A DNA stretch of 64,000 nucleotides from Hypanus sabinus (Eukaryota). Location: the NCBI RefSeq assembly GCF_030144855.1, contig NC_082731.1, positions 16,244,001-16,308,000 on the forward strand, written 5' to 3'. The position numbers and the translations under genes are program-made. The notes under the pieces were generated by a model, which saw only the letters and a list, made by a program, of their open reading frames with translations, was not told the DNA's origin and did not search any database. Shown here piece after piece: positions 45,690-58,881 of this stretch (the first letter of the stretch is position 1; each line of letters starts with the position of its first letter).

Positions 45690-48600
45690 CTGATGGGTTT
45701 GGAAGGGTGCGCCCCAGCGAGGGGAAGAGGCGACCGTGAATCAGAATGGCGACGGAGTGGGGGGGGGGGGAGCTCAGGTATGTAGGGGACAAAGAGTGGG
45801 GAGGTGGGGTGGTCAGAGAATGGAATGGAATGGAATGGAAGGAATGAGAGGGCATTGGCGTGGGGGCGTCACGGAAACAGGAGGGATGGGTTGCGTCGTG
45901 AGGAGTGTTGAGGGACGTCCTAGTGATGAGGGTGAGCGTTGTCCCAGAGACCAGGTAATGGGTGGGGGGGGGGGGGGAAGAAGCTTCTCAGGCTGTGGGG
46001 GGGGGGAGGGAGTAAATGAGTTTTCTTGCAGATGGGGAGGAGTAATGGGAAGGGGACACCCACGAGTTGTCCCAGACATGGGGAAAAGTGGGACAGGGTG
46101 GAGAGGGGAGGCTTCCCAGAGAGTGGGAAGGAAAGGGAGCACCCTGGAGACCGGGTGTGTGGGGGATGAGCACATCAGAGATGGGGAGGGAGGAGGCGGG
46201 ATGTGGGGAAGGACGCAGCAGAGTTTGGGAGGGGGGAGAGGTGGCGCCAAAGAAATAAGTAGAGGGAGGGACACCTCAAAGACGTGGGGGTGGTGTTAGA
46301 GGGTTTAGGGTCTATCCAGGGATGGGAGGGGGAGTGGGGTAAGATGTGGCAAGAGAGAAGAAGGGGTACGGGGTGACCCAGAGAAAGAGGAGATAGGAAG
46401 GGAAGGGGGGGCAACACAGGGAAGGCTGGGTGAAGGGTAACCGGGTGTTGTGGTGGGATGAGGGCAATTCACAGAGAGACAGGGGGTCCAGTGGCCGTTC
46501 AAGCTGGTCAGAGGTGGGTGCAGAGGGTGGAGGGCGACACACTACTGCAGAGCTCTGGAGGCAAAGGGGAAACCCAAGAGGGACATGTAAACAGGGCTGA
46601 GTGGGGTGGGGTGGGGTAAGGGGAAAGAGGGCGACCTAGAGAGTGGGGAATGGGGAGAAGGTGATCGAGATGTGGTAAGTATGGGTGGGAGGGGGTAGGA
46701 CCCAGTGAAGATGGGAGGTGGAAAGTGAGTGACCCCAAAGAGGGGATTAGAGGGAAAGGGCAACACACAGGTAGTTGTGAATGATGGTAAGAAGGACAAG
46801 AGTTGGGGGGAAGGGGCATTCTGGACACGGGCGTGAGGGGAACCCAGAATCGGGACTGAGGGTGGAGAGGCAGGGCTAACTAGGCAAGGGAGAGACCAGA
46901 GACTGTGATAGTCAGGGGGTGGAGTAACCCAGAGACGGGGGCGAGGGGGTGACATTGAACTAGTTAGGAGGAAGAGACAGAGGGACAGACAGGGGGAATG
47001 GGGGATCCCAGACCTGCATGAATGAGGGAAGGAGACGGTGATGCAAAGAAGGTATGGAGGGAGGGTGGATGGGGAATGAGATATTGCAGAGATAGGGGAG
47101 CGATAAGGTAGAGACCCATTGGCAAAGGAAGTGGTGGGTTTAAGCGAGGAGGGGGAAGGGGCGTCCCAAAGATGGCGATGGGGGGGGGGGAATAGGGGAC
47201 AATCAAGAGACAGGAGCAATGGAAGGGGAAACCCAAAGATGGATTGGGGGGGTGACCCAGAAAGGTTGGGAAGGGGCAAAGCCAGTGGGGGGAGGGTCGT
47301 TGCAGAGGCGGCAGTAGCCGGAAGGGGCAAAAGAGATATGGGGCTGAGGAGCAAGAGCTGACCCAGAAACGGGGGGACGTTGGGGGAAATAAGCCGATTT
47401 GGAGAAGAGCAAGTGGGATGGGGTGACAAAGACACGGTGAGGAGGGCTGTGGGAAGGGAGGAAGGGGGTCTACCTGGAGAGGGGCAACACAGAAACAGGG
47501 GTTGAGGTTAGAGTTTAATGTAAGTTTTACTATCAGGGTCCGTGTACAGAATGTCATAGGATATCGCCCAGAGATTCATTCACTTGCGGGCATTCACAGT
47601 AAGTACAAAGAAACACAACAGCATATGAGAAAAAACTGCATATAACAAGGACGGACAAACAACCCATGTGCCAAAGACAACAAATTGCGCAAATAGAGAA
47701 AGAAAAACCAAACAATAATAAATAAACAATATTGATAACATGAGTTGTAAAGTCCCAGAAAGACAGTCGCGAGTTTGCGGGATCAGTCCAGCGCAGGGCG
47801 AGTGAAGATATCTTCTCTGGGTTCAGGAGCCTAATGATAAAACTTGTTTTGGAATCTGTGGGACCTTAGGGGGGAAGGGGTGACCCCCAGGTAGGTTTGA
47901 GGTTGTGGGGGGGGGGGCGGAAGGAAGTGGCCAACAGACTGCGGAGACAGGGAGTGTGGGGTACTGGACTCGGGGGAGGGAGGTGGGCTTGGAGACCGGG
48001 ACTGAGGGTGGAGGGCCGACCCAGAGATCCAGAGCTGAGGGGGAATGTGGATAGGCAGAGACAGGTAGGGTGGATGAAGAGGGAGCGAGGACACAGAGAC
48101 AGGGAGACGGGAACGAGTGACGACCCAGAGACGTGGGCCTGAGGGGGAAGAGAGTGACCCAGGGACGGGAGAAGTGGTGCTAGGGTACGGGGCAACTCAG
48201 AGATGGGGTAAAAAAAAGGGAACGGGGCATCTCACAGATGAGTGAGTGGATGGAGGTTAGGGGAGGAATGGAAAGGGGGAGACCAAAAGCGGGTCGGTGC
48301 GTGGAGGGGTGACCCGGGGGGGGGAGTGGGCAATACTAGTTTGGTGAAAGGGTTAGCGGGGAGGGGGTAAGGGATGAACAACTGTCAGGAGATTGTGGAC
48401 TGATGGGGAGGAGGGAAGTGGGGCGTGGTTGGAGAAGGGAGCAATCCAGAAACATGGAGGGGGTTGATCCCGAGGCAGGGGCAGGTGTGGGGTGGGGTGG
48501 GAAAAGGGGGCAAACCAGACATGGTGATAAGCAGGAGAAAGAGAGAAAAGGGTTGACCCGGATAAGGGTTGGGAACCCCAGAGGTGGCAGGAGGGGTAAA

Positions 48601-50935
48601 GAGTGGGCAGTGGGGGTGGCGGTACGACCCAGGGAAGTGATGACATAGGACGAATGGCGGCAGCTCAGAGAGGGTAGGTCGGTGGGAAGGGAGTGTCTCA
48701 GGGATGGTCTGAGAGGCTCGGGGCGAGGGGTAACCCGGAGACAGGGTGAAGTGGTGACCTAGAGACGGGAGCGGGGTCAGGTGGGGAGGGGTCCAGGGTG
48801 CAAGGGGATGAGCCGGAGATGGATGGCGGGAGGGGTGAACCAAAGAGAGAGGGTCGACCAATCCGGGTGGGACATGGATAGAAGGGGTGACACAGAGACG
48901 GAGGGGTGGTGGTAAAGAGAGGAGGGTTGAGGGAGACATAGTGACAGGGGAGTGGGGGATGAAGGGAGAGGACTTGAACGGGAGGGAGCAGGCAAACGGA
49001 AGGTGGTGACCCAGAGAGGGGGGAGAGGGGTAAATGTGAGTGTAGTCAGGGGAGGTAGTCAGGCGGGGGAGGAGTGAAAGGGACGGTGACTGAGAGAGAA
49101 AGGGGCGACCCGGAGATGGAGGGGAGGGGGGAGTGGCAACCATATTCGGTACAGTGAGGGGTTAGGAGAGTGATCTAGTAACGGGAGAGAAGGGGGCGAC
49201 CCGGAGATGGGCAGGCACATGGAATGAGGTGAGGGGTGTCAACGCAGAGATGGGAGGGAGGAGGAAGAGGAAGACCCAGAGAAAGGGGTAATACCTAAAC
49301 TGGGAGGGGGTGGGGGAATGATGAGAGGGTGCAACAGGAGACGGGGAGGGGGGAAAGGCCGAGCCAGAAACCCCAAGGAAGGGGAGGAGGGCAACATGAT
49401 AATGGACAAGCCAGAGATGCGGGGAGGGGGACCCAGAAGGATGGGGTAAGGGAAGGTTGAGGGATTCACCCAGGGACAGTGTGGTTGAAGGAATAGGGAA
49501 AGCGGTCGTCCTCATTGATGCGAGGAAGGTGGGGGAGGGAAAGGGGTAAAACGAGGAGTACAAGGGGGCAGATGAAGGGATGGAGATGGGGAGGTGTTGG
49601 AGTAAAAAGGGGGCCAGAAGGAAGAGACGCAGTCATAGAGGGTGGAGACACAGAGATCTGGGAAGACAATGCCACCGAGAGACAGGGGAGGCAGATGACC
49701 CACTGGCAGGGAGTAAGGGTCGCCAAAGAGATGGGAGGGAGGAGGGGCGACAGACAATTGGAAGAAGTGTGGGTGACTCGGAGGCTGGTGAAACGGGGTA
49801 AGGTGCTGACGCAGAGATGGGGGAAGAGGTGTATGCCAGTGATTGGATGAGCCAGAGATAGGATGAGGGGAGCAGGGTGACCCAGGGACGGGAGGTGAGG
49901 TGGGACCCGGGGTGGGGGATGTTCCAGGAGACGAGTGAGGCTGTGGAGCAAGGGGGAAGGGGTTAGGGGGCAACCACGAACTGAAGGGGTAACAGAGAGG
50001 TGGAAAAGGGCCACACAAGCTTTGGAGAAGGATGGGGGTGTCCCAAGTGTGGGAGAAGTTGGATGTGAGGGACCCAGAGACGGGGGGTGGGTTGAAATGA
50101 GTGACCAAGAGATGGAGGGGGGGGGGATGTGACTAAACATAGGAAACTACAGACGGGGGAGGGGGAAGGGGAGTGATATAGTGAGGGGGGAGGGGATGTC
50201 GTATCACAAAGACGTGGATGAGAGTAAATGGGACAACCAAGAGATGGCGGTAGTGTAGGACATTGTCTGTGAGAGAGGGGAAACAGGAGTGAGCCAGAGC
50301 CTGGGGGTAAGTAGATAAACTAGAGGTGGGGGAAATGGGGGATAAAGGGAGAATTAAGGGCGGGGAGGAGGGGTGTGAGACAGACAGTGGGGGGAGATAA
50401 GGGCGACCCAGGGACGGAGCGGGTGGTGTTGACCCAGAGGCGGAGGAACTGGTTGAATGGGAGGAAGGGAGAAGAGGGAGATTCAAGAGATTGACCCAGA
50501 GTGTACGGGGGCACCCTGAGGTGGAAAGGGTAAGGTACTGAGGCAGAAGAGGGGGCAAATGAACAGTGAGAGATCCAAAAGGGGAGTGGAGGGAGAGGGG
50601 TGTGAACAAGGGGAATGGAAGCCGGGCGGTAAAGGGAGCGAATCAGAGATGGAGGGAAAACTCAAAGACGAGAGGGGGAGGGAAAGAGGGGGCGACTCAG
50701 AGATGAGCAGGGCGGGCGAATGTGCAGACCCTAAGACAGATGGGAGGATGGCGTTTGGGGCGAGGCAGACAGAGGTGGGTAAACCATAGTTGCCCGAAGA
50801 GGGATGACCCAGAATTGAGGCGAATGGGGAGGTTCACAGAGACGGTGCGGATCGGAGGCGTTTGGAAAGTGAAGGTGACATTGAGTAGTGGGGGGGGGGT
50901 ACGTGGGGGTACAGTGGAGGAGGGGCAGGGTCTCG
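45690..50935 (+). repeat. ~5-kb G-rich cryptic satellite tract
   Basis: Strong G/purine skew; dozens of GGYGACCCAGAGAYGGG variants at irregular spacing. Confidence 0.75.
47505..47865 (-). mobile_element. LINE 3'-tail/SINE-like insertion in the G-rich tract
   Basis: Abrupt A-rich composition change; resembles 1135-1375. Confidence 0.5.
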
Positions 50936-51574
50936 GTGTGGAACAGGTTTCACTCGATTCCACTCAGATCCTGCGGTTTCATTCATTGGTCTGTCTACCT
51001 GGTTCCAGTTCCCTCCTGGTGACAAAGCGTCTCCCAACCGCACCCCTCACCCCCACCCCCACCCAATCCACACACACCAACCTTTCATCATCTTGCTCTA
51101 GTTTCCGGCCCCTAACGTTTCCCCACTCCGGTCTCCGGGCTGCAGGCGACAGAGAGTCGCTGTAAAGAGGCGGCGTCTCCAGAAGTCAGAATCCATCATT
51201 AACGACCCCACCCTCCAGGACTTCCCCTCTTATTCCCCTCCACCCTCAGATTTCGGAATGGTGGATGGAGCCTCGCAGGGAAATCAGGGCGGTTGCTATG
51301 ACAGCTGCGGCATGGCGAGGGTTAAGTGAGGCAGCAGCGGAACGGAGCGCGGTGCTTGTGAGGAATTCTCGCTTTGTACAGCACGGGCACCCGGGACGCG
51401 AGCAGACCAGAACACGGTAACGGAGATGAAGGAGTGAGAAGCACACGGTTCCCATCGGACGATCACTCGAACAAAACTAAGGCCGTTTTAAACCAGATTG
51501 AATGCAAATAAAGGGGTAAATTTCATGTGGCTTTGTTGGTTGTTAACACCTGCAAGAATGTATCACGATTGCCG

Positions 51575-51735
51575 ACAGAGAAGAGGTCATCACCCTGACA
51601 CAGCGGTGTCAAGAAAACAACCTCAATGTCACAAAATCAAAGGAGCTGGTTGTGGACTACAGGGGGAATAGAGACATGTTAACCCCTATTGACATCAATG
51701 GATCTGGGGTTGAGAGGGTGAACAGCTTTAAGTTC
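51575..51735 (+). mobile_element. Rex1/Babar fragment
   Basis: Near-identical to 54128-54287. Confidence 0.75.
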
Positions 51736-52526
51736 AGGTGATCGGTGACGTCACGACAGGGACAGACTGAGGGGAGCAGTAGGGATNNNNNNNNNNNNNN
51801 NNNNNNNNNNNNNNNNNNNNNNNNNNNNNNNNNNNNNNNNNNNNNNNNNNNNNNNNNNNNNNNNNNNNNNNNNNNNNNNNNNNNNNNNNNNNNNNNNNNN
51901 NNNNNNNNNNNNNNNNNNNNNNNNNNNNNNNNGTGGTGGGACAGGAACACTGGTAGGGAGCAGAGGGCCAGAATGGCCTCTCCCCTGTGCACTGTGCTGC
52001 AGAGGCAGTAAGACCCTGAAATACAAGAATTGAAATAGAACTGATTTATTCATGACAAATTCACAATATTAAACTCCAGTCCAATTAAAGGCTAACGTCA
52101 TCGGAAAAAGCCCCTCCCGAGCCCAGTGACCAGGGTTCAGGTGTGATGAACAGCGGCGATAACTGCAGAATCTGACAACATTCACTTTCGAATCTGAAAC
52201 TGGATTCAGTAAAACTAATGGTTAATGATTCAACATGGGTTATTCAAACTGCCTCCGCTGTGTGAATTTGCCGGTGTTTCTGCAGGTGGGGGGTAATCCC
52301 TCTTTGCTGGAACAGGACAGGTGTATTGCCTTACAAGGTGGGGTAACTGGGCGATTCTCTCCCCACACACGGAGCAGGTCTCTCCCGCGTGTGAACTGAC
52401 TGATGTGCCTTCAGGTTGAATGAACCCTCAGTTGTGGCGAGGACTAGGCCTCGGCCTCGGGGTCGCCTCGGACACAGCCCGGGAGAGAGAGCAGGGGCCT
52501 CTGCTGGGGCTGGTCCCTCCCGTCCG

Positions 52527-52542
52527 TGCTGCCCTCTAGTGT
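52527..52542 (-). promoter_or_regulatory. CTCF-like motif inside a dispersed repeat
   Basis: Minus strand ACACTAGAGGGCAGCA matches the CTCF core except at its first base. Confidence 0.5.
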
Positions 52543-52647
52543 TCGCCGGACCAAGACAAACTCCGCTCCTGCTACTCAGGGACTTGGGCTGTATTATCTT
52601 TTTATTCTTTGTAACTGCATGTGTTTTTTTCCCTGAAATCCTAACGA

Positions 52648-53560
52648 TACTAAACTGGGTGGCAGTGTGACATGCGAAGAGGACGTTAGGAGAATACAGG
52701 GAGACTTGGATAGGCTGGGTGAGTGGGCAGATACTTGGCAGATGTCATTCAATGTGAATAAATGTGAAGTTATCCACTTTGGAAGCAGGAACAAGAGGGC
52801 AGAGTATTGTCTTAACGGTGTAGAGTTAGGTAAGGGAGAAATGCAAAGCGACCTAGGAGTCCTAGTTCATCAGTCTATGAAGGTGAATGAGCAAGTGCAG
52901 CAGGCAGTGAAGAGGGCAAATGGATGTTGGCCTTTGTTACAAGGGGAATTGAGTACAAGAGCAAGGATGTCCTTTTGCATTTGTACAGGGCCCTGGTGAG
53001 ACCACACCTGGAATATTGTGTACAGTTTTGGTCTCCAGGTTTAAGGAAGGACATTCTGGCAATTGAGGAAGTGCAGCGTAGATTCACTAGGTTGATTCCT
53101 GGGATGGCAGGGCTGTCTTACGCAGAGAGATTGGAGAGATTGGGCTTGTACACGCTGGAATTGAGGAGATTGAGAGGGGATCTGATTGAAACGTTTAAGA
53201 TAATTAAAGGATTTGATAGGATTGAGGCAGGAAATATGTTCCAGATGTTGGGAGAGTCCAGTACCAGAGGGCATGGATTGAGAATAAGAGGTCAGTTATT
53301 TAAAACAGAGTTGAGGAAGAGCTACTTCTCCCAGAGAGTTGTGGAGGTGTGGAATGCACTGCCTCGGAAGACGGTGGAGGCCAATTCTCTGGATGCTTTC
53401 AAGAAGGAGCTAGATAGATATCTGATGGATAGGGGAATCAAGGGATATGGGGACAAGGCAGGGACTGGGTATTGATAGTGAATGATCAGCCATGATCTCA
53501 GAATGGCGGTGCAGACTTGAGGGGCTGAATAGTCTACTTCTGCACCTATTGTCTATTGAT
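52648..53560 (+). mobile_element. Young 5'-truncated CR1 LINE (same subfamily as 22192-24923)
   Basis: RT C-terminal ORFs 52667-52999 and 52924-53475; CTATTGTCTATTG tail. Confidence 0.92.
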
Positions 53561-54004
53561 ACGCACTATGTGCTGTGGGTAATGTGTTTTGTGTTTGGCT
53601 GTATTCCTGTAATGATAAACTGTTTGTCCCATCCCACACACAGGGCAATGAAACAGCCTTTCCGCAGTGTGAACTCACTGCTGGGTCAGCAGGCTGCATG
53701 AACGACTGAATCCCTTCCCACACTCAGAACAGCTTATTTTTCTCTTGCTTGTCTCTCCAGGTCAGACGATGCAGCGAATCAAACCCTCCACACTTCAAGC
53801 AGCGGGCGTCTGATCTCTCACGAAGACATGCTGATCGATTCTCAGGGCCCTGGATTCACGGGTTTCAATGAGAAGTTAAAACAAAAAGTGCCATTTCAAC
53901 CACAAAGCTGGGGTGTGATGTGTATTTTTTCCCTAAGGATCGACAACTGATACAGGTTTTACAAAGGAAATATCTGGTTACTCCTTCAAAACCTTAAATA
54001 ACTG

Positions 54005-54885
54005 TGCCCTCCTTTACTCTCTGTATACCCATGACTGTGTCACCACCCACAGCTCCAATCTGCTAATTAAATTAGCTGACAATTCCACACTGATTGGCCC
54101 TATCTCAGATAAAAATGAGGCAGCCCGCAGAGAAGAGGTCATCACCCTGACACAGTGGTGTCAAGAAAACAACCTCAATGTCAGAAAAAGAAAGGAGCTG
54201 GTTGTGGATTACAGGAGGAAGAGAGACAGGCTAACCCCCATTGACATCAATGGATCTGGGGCTGAGAGGGTGAACAGCTTCAAGTTCCTCAGCATAAACA
54301 TCACTGAGGATCTCACGTGCTCTGTACATACCAGCTGTGGGGTGAAAAAGGCACAACAGCGTCTCTTTCACCTCAGACGCTTAAAGAAGTTTGGTATGGG
54401 ACCCAAATTCTATGAACTTTCTCCAGGGGCACAATTGAGAGCATCCTGACCGGCTGCATCACTGCCTGGTTTGGGAACTGAACTTCCCTCAATCGCAGGA
54501 CTCACAGAGAGTGGTGCAGACAGCCCAGTGCATCTGTAGCTGTGAACTTCCCACTGTTCAGGACATTTACAAAGAGAGGTGTGTGAAAAGGGCCCGGAGG
54601 ATCATTGGGGACCCGAGTCACCCCAACCACAAACAGTTTCAGCTGCTACCCTCTGAGAAAAAGCAACACAGCATAAAAGCCAGGACCAACAGGCTCCGGG
54701 ACAGCTTCTTCCACCAGGCCATCAGACTGATTAATTCATGCTGATAGAAGTGTATTTCTATGTTATATTGACTGTCCTGCTGGACATACTATTTATTATA
54801 AATGACTATAAATTGCACATTGCACCCGAAGACAGATGTAATGTGAAGATTTTTACTCACGTACATGAAGGATGTAAAGTCAATT
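54005..54885 (+). mobile_element. Rex1/Babar LINE 3' part
   Basis: LYSLYTHDC..IKLADNSTLIG..WCQENNL..KKAQQRLFHLRRLKKFG..TNRLRDSFFHQAIRLIN. Confidence 0.85.
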
Positions 54886-55086
54886 CAATTTAGAATTTAT
54901 TTTAATCCTACATCCATCCCACAACATGAGGGAGTAAAAAAAACTCTAATGGCTTGTAGAAAGAAGCTTTCTGTCCCCTCGCCTGCTGTTCCTGCAATTT
55001 GTGAGGATATCTCCAGGCTGGTTCATCCTGCACTGAACATGTGTCCCGGATTTCCTTGCTACAATTTGTGTGCTCTCTACTTACAT

Positions 55087-55162
55087 CAGGGGTCCCCAGC
55101 CTGTTTTGCCATGGACCCCCACCATTAACTGAGGGGTCTGTGGCCCAGGGTTGGAACCCCTG
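55087..55162. mobile_element. 76-bp hAT/Charlie-type MITE
   Basis: CAGGGGTCCCCAGCC...GGTTGGAACCCCTG inverted termini; no clear TSD. Confidence 0.6.
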
Positions 55163-57411
55163 ATCTGATGCTGTCTAGTATCTCCACCACCTCATTCAAA
55201 GATTGAAGACATTCAAATGCTACTGAACTTACGTTCACCATGGAACGGGTGTGTTCCTGTGTCTCAGATTGCCTTACTCAAGTCAATGGGTGAAGGACAG
55301 CATTTCAGAGGAGGGGCGTAGCCTCTGGTGAGCTCTGTTACAGCGAGGCTCCACACAAAATGACAAATTCTCATCTTCTATCTCATCATAGTTCAGGCAT
55401 CTGGAGTCAGCATCCAATTCCCTGCCCTGTCTACAGGTCTGGAACACAGAGGGTCAAGTTTACCGGTCAACCAGCTGTTTGGCTCGTTGTGTCTCCGATC
55501 ACTTCCAGAGCTTAGCAGTCCTGGGCTTGCTCACTGCCCTGCCAGGAACACGCAGTATTTCCGTGGCTGCTCCCGGAGCTTTTCTGATTACTGCGACCCC
55601 CAGGTGATTGACAATGGTAAACTCAGTAATGGTCATGCCCAGGCAAGGTGATTAGACTTTCTCATTGGAGATTATTAAGTTCAGGAAGTTTGTGGTCTGA
55701 ATGCTCAGGTCACTTGTTACCCAAGACAAATGTGTCTGTAATTATTATACACTCAGACAGAATAGAGGGAACAATGGCCTCACTTGGTAGGAGAGTCCAG
55801 AACCGGATAACATTCAACAAAGATGATCTGCTAAACTAAAAGTGCCAAAATAAATTTATTTTTCCCACACAGCTCTAATTGACATTTTAATTCACTGGAA
55901 GTCAGACCCGGTTCTTTCTTTCAGTCCCCAGTCTCAACTCTTCCCGTTATTGACTGAAGTATGGACATCAGCAGGGTCTGGATAACAGACCTGATCTCGA
56001 TGTTCTACTTCAATTGGTAGAAACTTGCTTATCTACTTGTCTGAGAGTTAATCAATAAATTCATCATGCGAGATAAACTTGGATCTAGGTTTCTGGTCTG
56101 AGTCCCAAATCGTTAGATTTCACCAGCAAGGTATCGGCTGAAGACCCACTGTGTCCATTCCCCCCACCTGGCATTCCACTCACGCCCTGCGCGAAAAGCT
56201 GTGGTCAAGTCACGAGTGTCTGCTCCTCCACCCGCACTCCGAGAACTGGGCAGTTCGTCACTGTCCCAGCGATACGCATGCACCCCAGAAGCTCCCCAGG
56301 CACCATCGCTCAGCAGCGGACGATTCCCCAGGGCCTTCTGCAGATTGTGGGGAGTAATCCTCCCTCACTTGGGCTGCGGGCGCTGGTGCAGATGACCCAC
56401 CCCTACCCGCTGCCGATCGTCCGGAGATCTTTGTCCACCGACAGCACTGGCACCTTTCGGTACAACCTTGGACTCCCGGCACCTGCGAAATCCATTCACA
56501 GTGATAGCAAATTCCGGTGCTCAGGGGATTCTGGGTAAGAACAGTCCCATTGAAAGTGTTTACATGCACACTACCTCCTGCCAAATCCCAGTCGATATTT
56601 TTCATAAGAACCCAGCCAGCAGTTTAACACACAGCAAGTGATATCAACAGTCAATGGAACTTTTTTCCTCTCAATCAGCCTCCAAATGTTGAAACTGTCA
56701 TTTGTTGCCACGACCACCCCCAACCCCCATCCCCGCTCTGATTCCCTGTTCCTCATCTAATGCTCTTACCCCTGCCACGGTCCACTGCCCCAAACCCTGC
56801 CCTCTGCTGACCCGGCTGCATTAAACATCCAGCTAGTGGTTCCCCATTCTGCTTCAGACTTCAGAACACCGTGGCAAATTGAAACAACCAGCAGTGGGAG
56901 ACGCCGGCCTGTGGAACCAGTGAAAGTGACCCGTAATGTTTTAAGAAGCTGGGAATAACCAATGTCGTTTTCTCTCGGCCCAGAGATTTGAGGGACAAAG
57001 AACATGTCAGACGTAACTGCAGAGAGCTCGTCTTAATCAGTCTGCAGAAAATTCAAGGGACACCTCTTTGCCCACAAACTGTTCGGTTATCTCAACAAAG
57101 GGAAATCGAAAGGTGGACGTCAGGAATGGATTTAGAAGGACAGTCGTGGAACAGAATCAAGCGCAGAGCCCAGTTGGGGTGAGTTGACCCCCTACTGTGC
57201 ACTGGGTGTGGTGTAGATTCACTGAGACAGAGTTTAAAATAGAACTGATTTATTTCTCAGAATCACAATGTTAAACTCCAGTAACGGTGAACAATCGCTG
57301 AAGAAACTGCTCCCTCGCCCAGTGACCAGATCTGGGTGGGATGAGAAGCAGCAATCATTATAGTCTGACACAGTCATCTTTGATCGCCCCTGAATTCAGC
57401 AATCACGATGG

Positions 57412-58881
57412 TTAATCATCCAGCATCCTGCTCACTGAAACACTTTCTCCAGTTTGAACTTGCCAGTGTTTCACAAGGTGGGACAACTCAGTGCAGGTGA
57501 ACGGCCTCTCCTCAGTGTGAACTTGCTGGTGTATCTGCAGGTGAGATGACTGGGCAAATCCTATCCCACAGTCTGAGCAGGTGAATGGCCGCTCCCCACT
57601 ATGAACTTGCTGGTGTATCTGCAGATGAGATGACTGGGCAAATCCCATCCCACAGTCTGAGCAGGTGAACGGCATTGCCCAGGTGTGAACTAACTGGTGT
57701 GCCAGTAGGTCAGATGACCGAGTGAATCCCTTCCCACAGTCTGAGCAGGTGAACGGCCTCTCCCCAGTGTGAACTGACCGGTGTGTCTGTAGGTGGGACA
57801 ACCGAGTGAATGCCTTCCCACATTCAGAGCAAATGAATGGCCTCTCCCCAGTGTGAACTGACTGGTGAGTCTGTAGGTGGGATGACCGAGTGAATTGTTT
57901 CCCACACTCTGAGCAGGTGAATGGCCTCTCCCCAGTGTGAACTCTCTGATGTACCTTCAATTGAGATGACTGAGTAAATGCCTTCCCACAGTCTGAGCAG
58001 GTGAACGGTCTCTCCCCAGTGTGGACTGACTGGTGTGTCTGTAGGTGGGATGACTGAGTGAATCCCTTCCCACATTCAGTGCAGATATACGGCCTCTCCC
58101 CGGTGTGAACTCTCTGGTGTGTCAATAGATCTGACGACCGAGTAAATCTCTTCCCACAAACGGAACAGATAAACGGTCTCTCCCCAGTGTGAACTCGCTG
58201 GTGTCTCTGCAGGTGAGATGGGTGGGTAAATCCCTTTCCACACTCAGAGCAGGTGAACGGCCTCTCCCCAGTGTGAACTCGCTGATGTATCTTTAGTTGA
58301 GATGACTGAGTGAATCCCTTCCCACAGTCTGAGCAGGTGAACGGCCTCTCCCCAGTGTGAACTCTCTGGTGTGTCAGCAGATCAGATGACCGAGTGAATC
58401 CCTTCCCACACTCAGAGCAGATATACGGCCTCTCACCTGTGTGAAATCGCACGTGTGTGAGCAGATCTGATGAGCGAGTGAATCTCTTCCCACAGACAGA
58501 ACAGATAAATGGTCTCTCCCCAGTGTGAACTCGCTGGTGTGCCTGTAGGTGAGATGGGTGAGTGAATGCCTTCCCACATTCAGAGCAGGTGAACGGCCTC
58601 TCTCCAGTGTGAACTCGCTGATGTCTCTGTAGGTGGGCTGACTGAGTGAATCCCTTCCCACATTCAGAGCAGATGAACGGTCTCTCCCCGGTGTGAACTA
58701 AGTTGTGTGTCTGCAGGTAGGATGACCGGGTGAATCCCTTCCCACATTCAGAGCAAATGTACGGTCTCTCCCCAGTGTGAACTCGCTGGTGTCTCTGCAG
58801 TTCGGAAAAACGAATATATGCCTTCCCACAGTCCGAACAGGTGAACGGCCTCTCCTCAGAGTGAACTCGCTGGTGTCTCAT
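57412..58881 (-). CDS. C2H2 zinc-finger protein (paralog D), 16 intact fingers plus 1 deleted finger
   Basis: ATG at 58881 (MRHQRVH); tandem fingers with TGERPF linkers; acceptor at 59371; polyA signal 57249-57254. Confidence 0.92.
   Translation of the reverse strand: MRHQRVHSEERPFTCSDCGKAYIRFSELQRHQRVHTGERPYICSECGKGFTRSSYLQTHNLVHTGERPFICSECGKGFTQSAHLQRHQRVHTGERPFTCSECGKAFTHPSHLQAHQRVHTGERPFICSVCGKRFTRSSDLLTHVRFHTGERPYICSECGKGFTRSSDLLTHQRVHTGERPFTCSDCGKGFTQSSQLKIHQRVHTGERPFTCSECGKGFTHPSHLQRHQRVHTGERPFICSVCGKRFTRSSDLLTHQRVHTGERPYICTECGKGFTQSSHLQTHQSVHTGERPFTCSDCGKAFTQSSQLKVHQRVHTGERPFTCSECGKQFTRSSHLQTHQSVHTGERPFICSECGKAFTRLSHLQTHRSVHTGERPFTCSDCGKGFTRSSDLLAHQLVHTWAMPFTCSDCGMGFAQSSHLQIHQQVHSGERPFTCSDCGIGFAQSSHLQIHQQVHTEERPFTCTELSHLVKHWQVQTGESVSVSRMLDD

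Larger units (their letters stand above)
52030..56560 (-). pseudogene. Decayed second ZNF gene (D') broken by CR1, Rex1 and other insertions
   Basis: Eroded promoter homolog 56200-56560; intron block 55285-55375; finger remnants 53625-53830 and 52250-52430; polyA signal 52045-52050. Confidence 0.65.

Noticed and set aside
45736-50789. Many long Pro/Ser/Leu- or Gly/Arg-rich ORFs (also 6838-8469, 27200-28888, 61845-62718)
   Set aside because: Expected from stop-poor G/C-skewed sequence; they overlap in several frames and show no domain features
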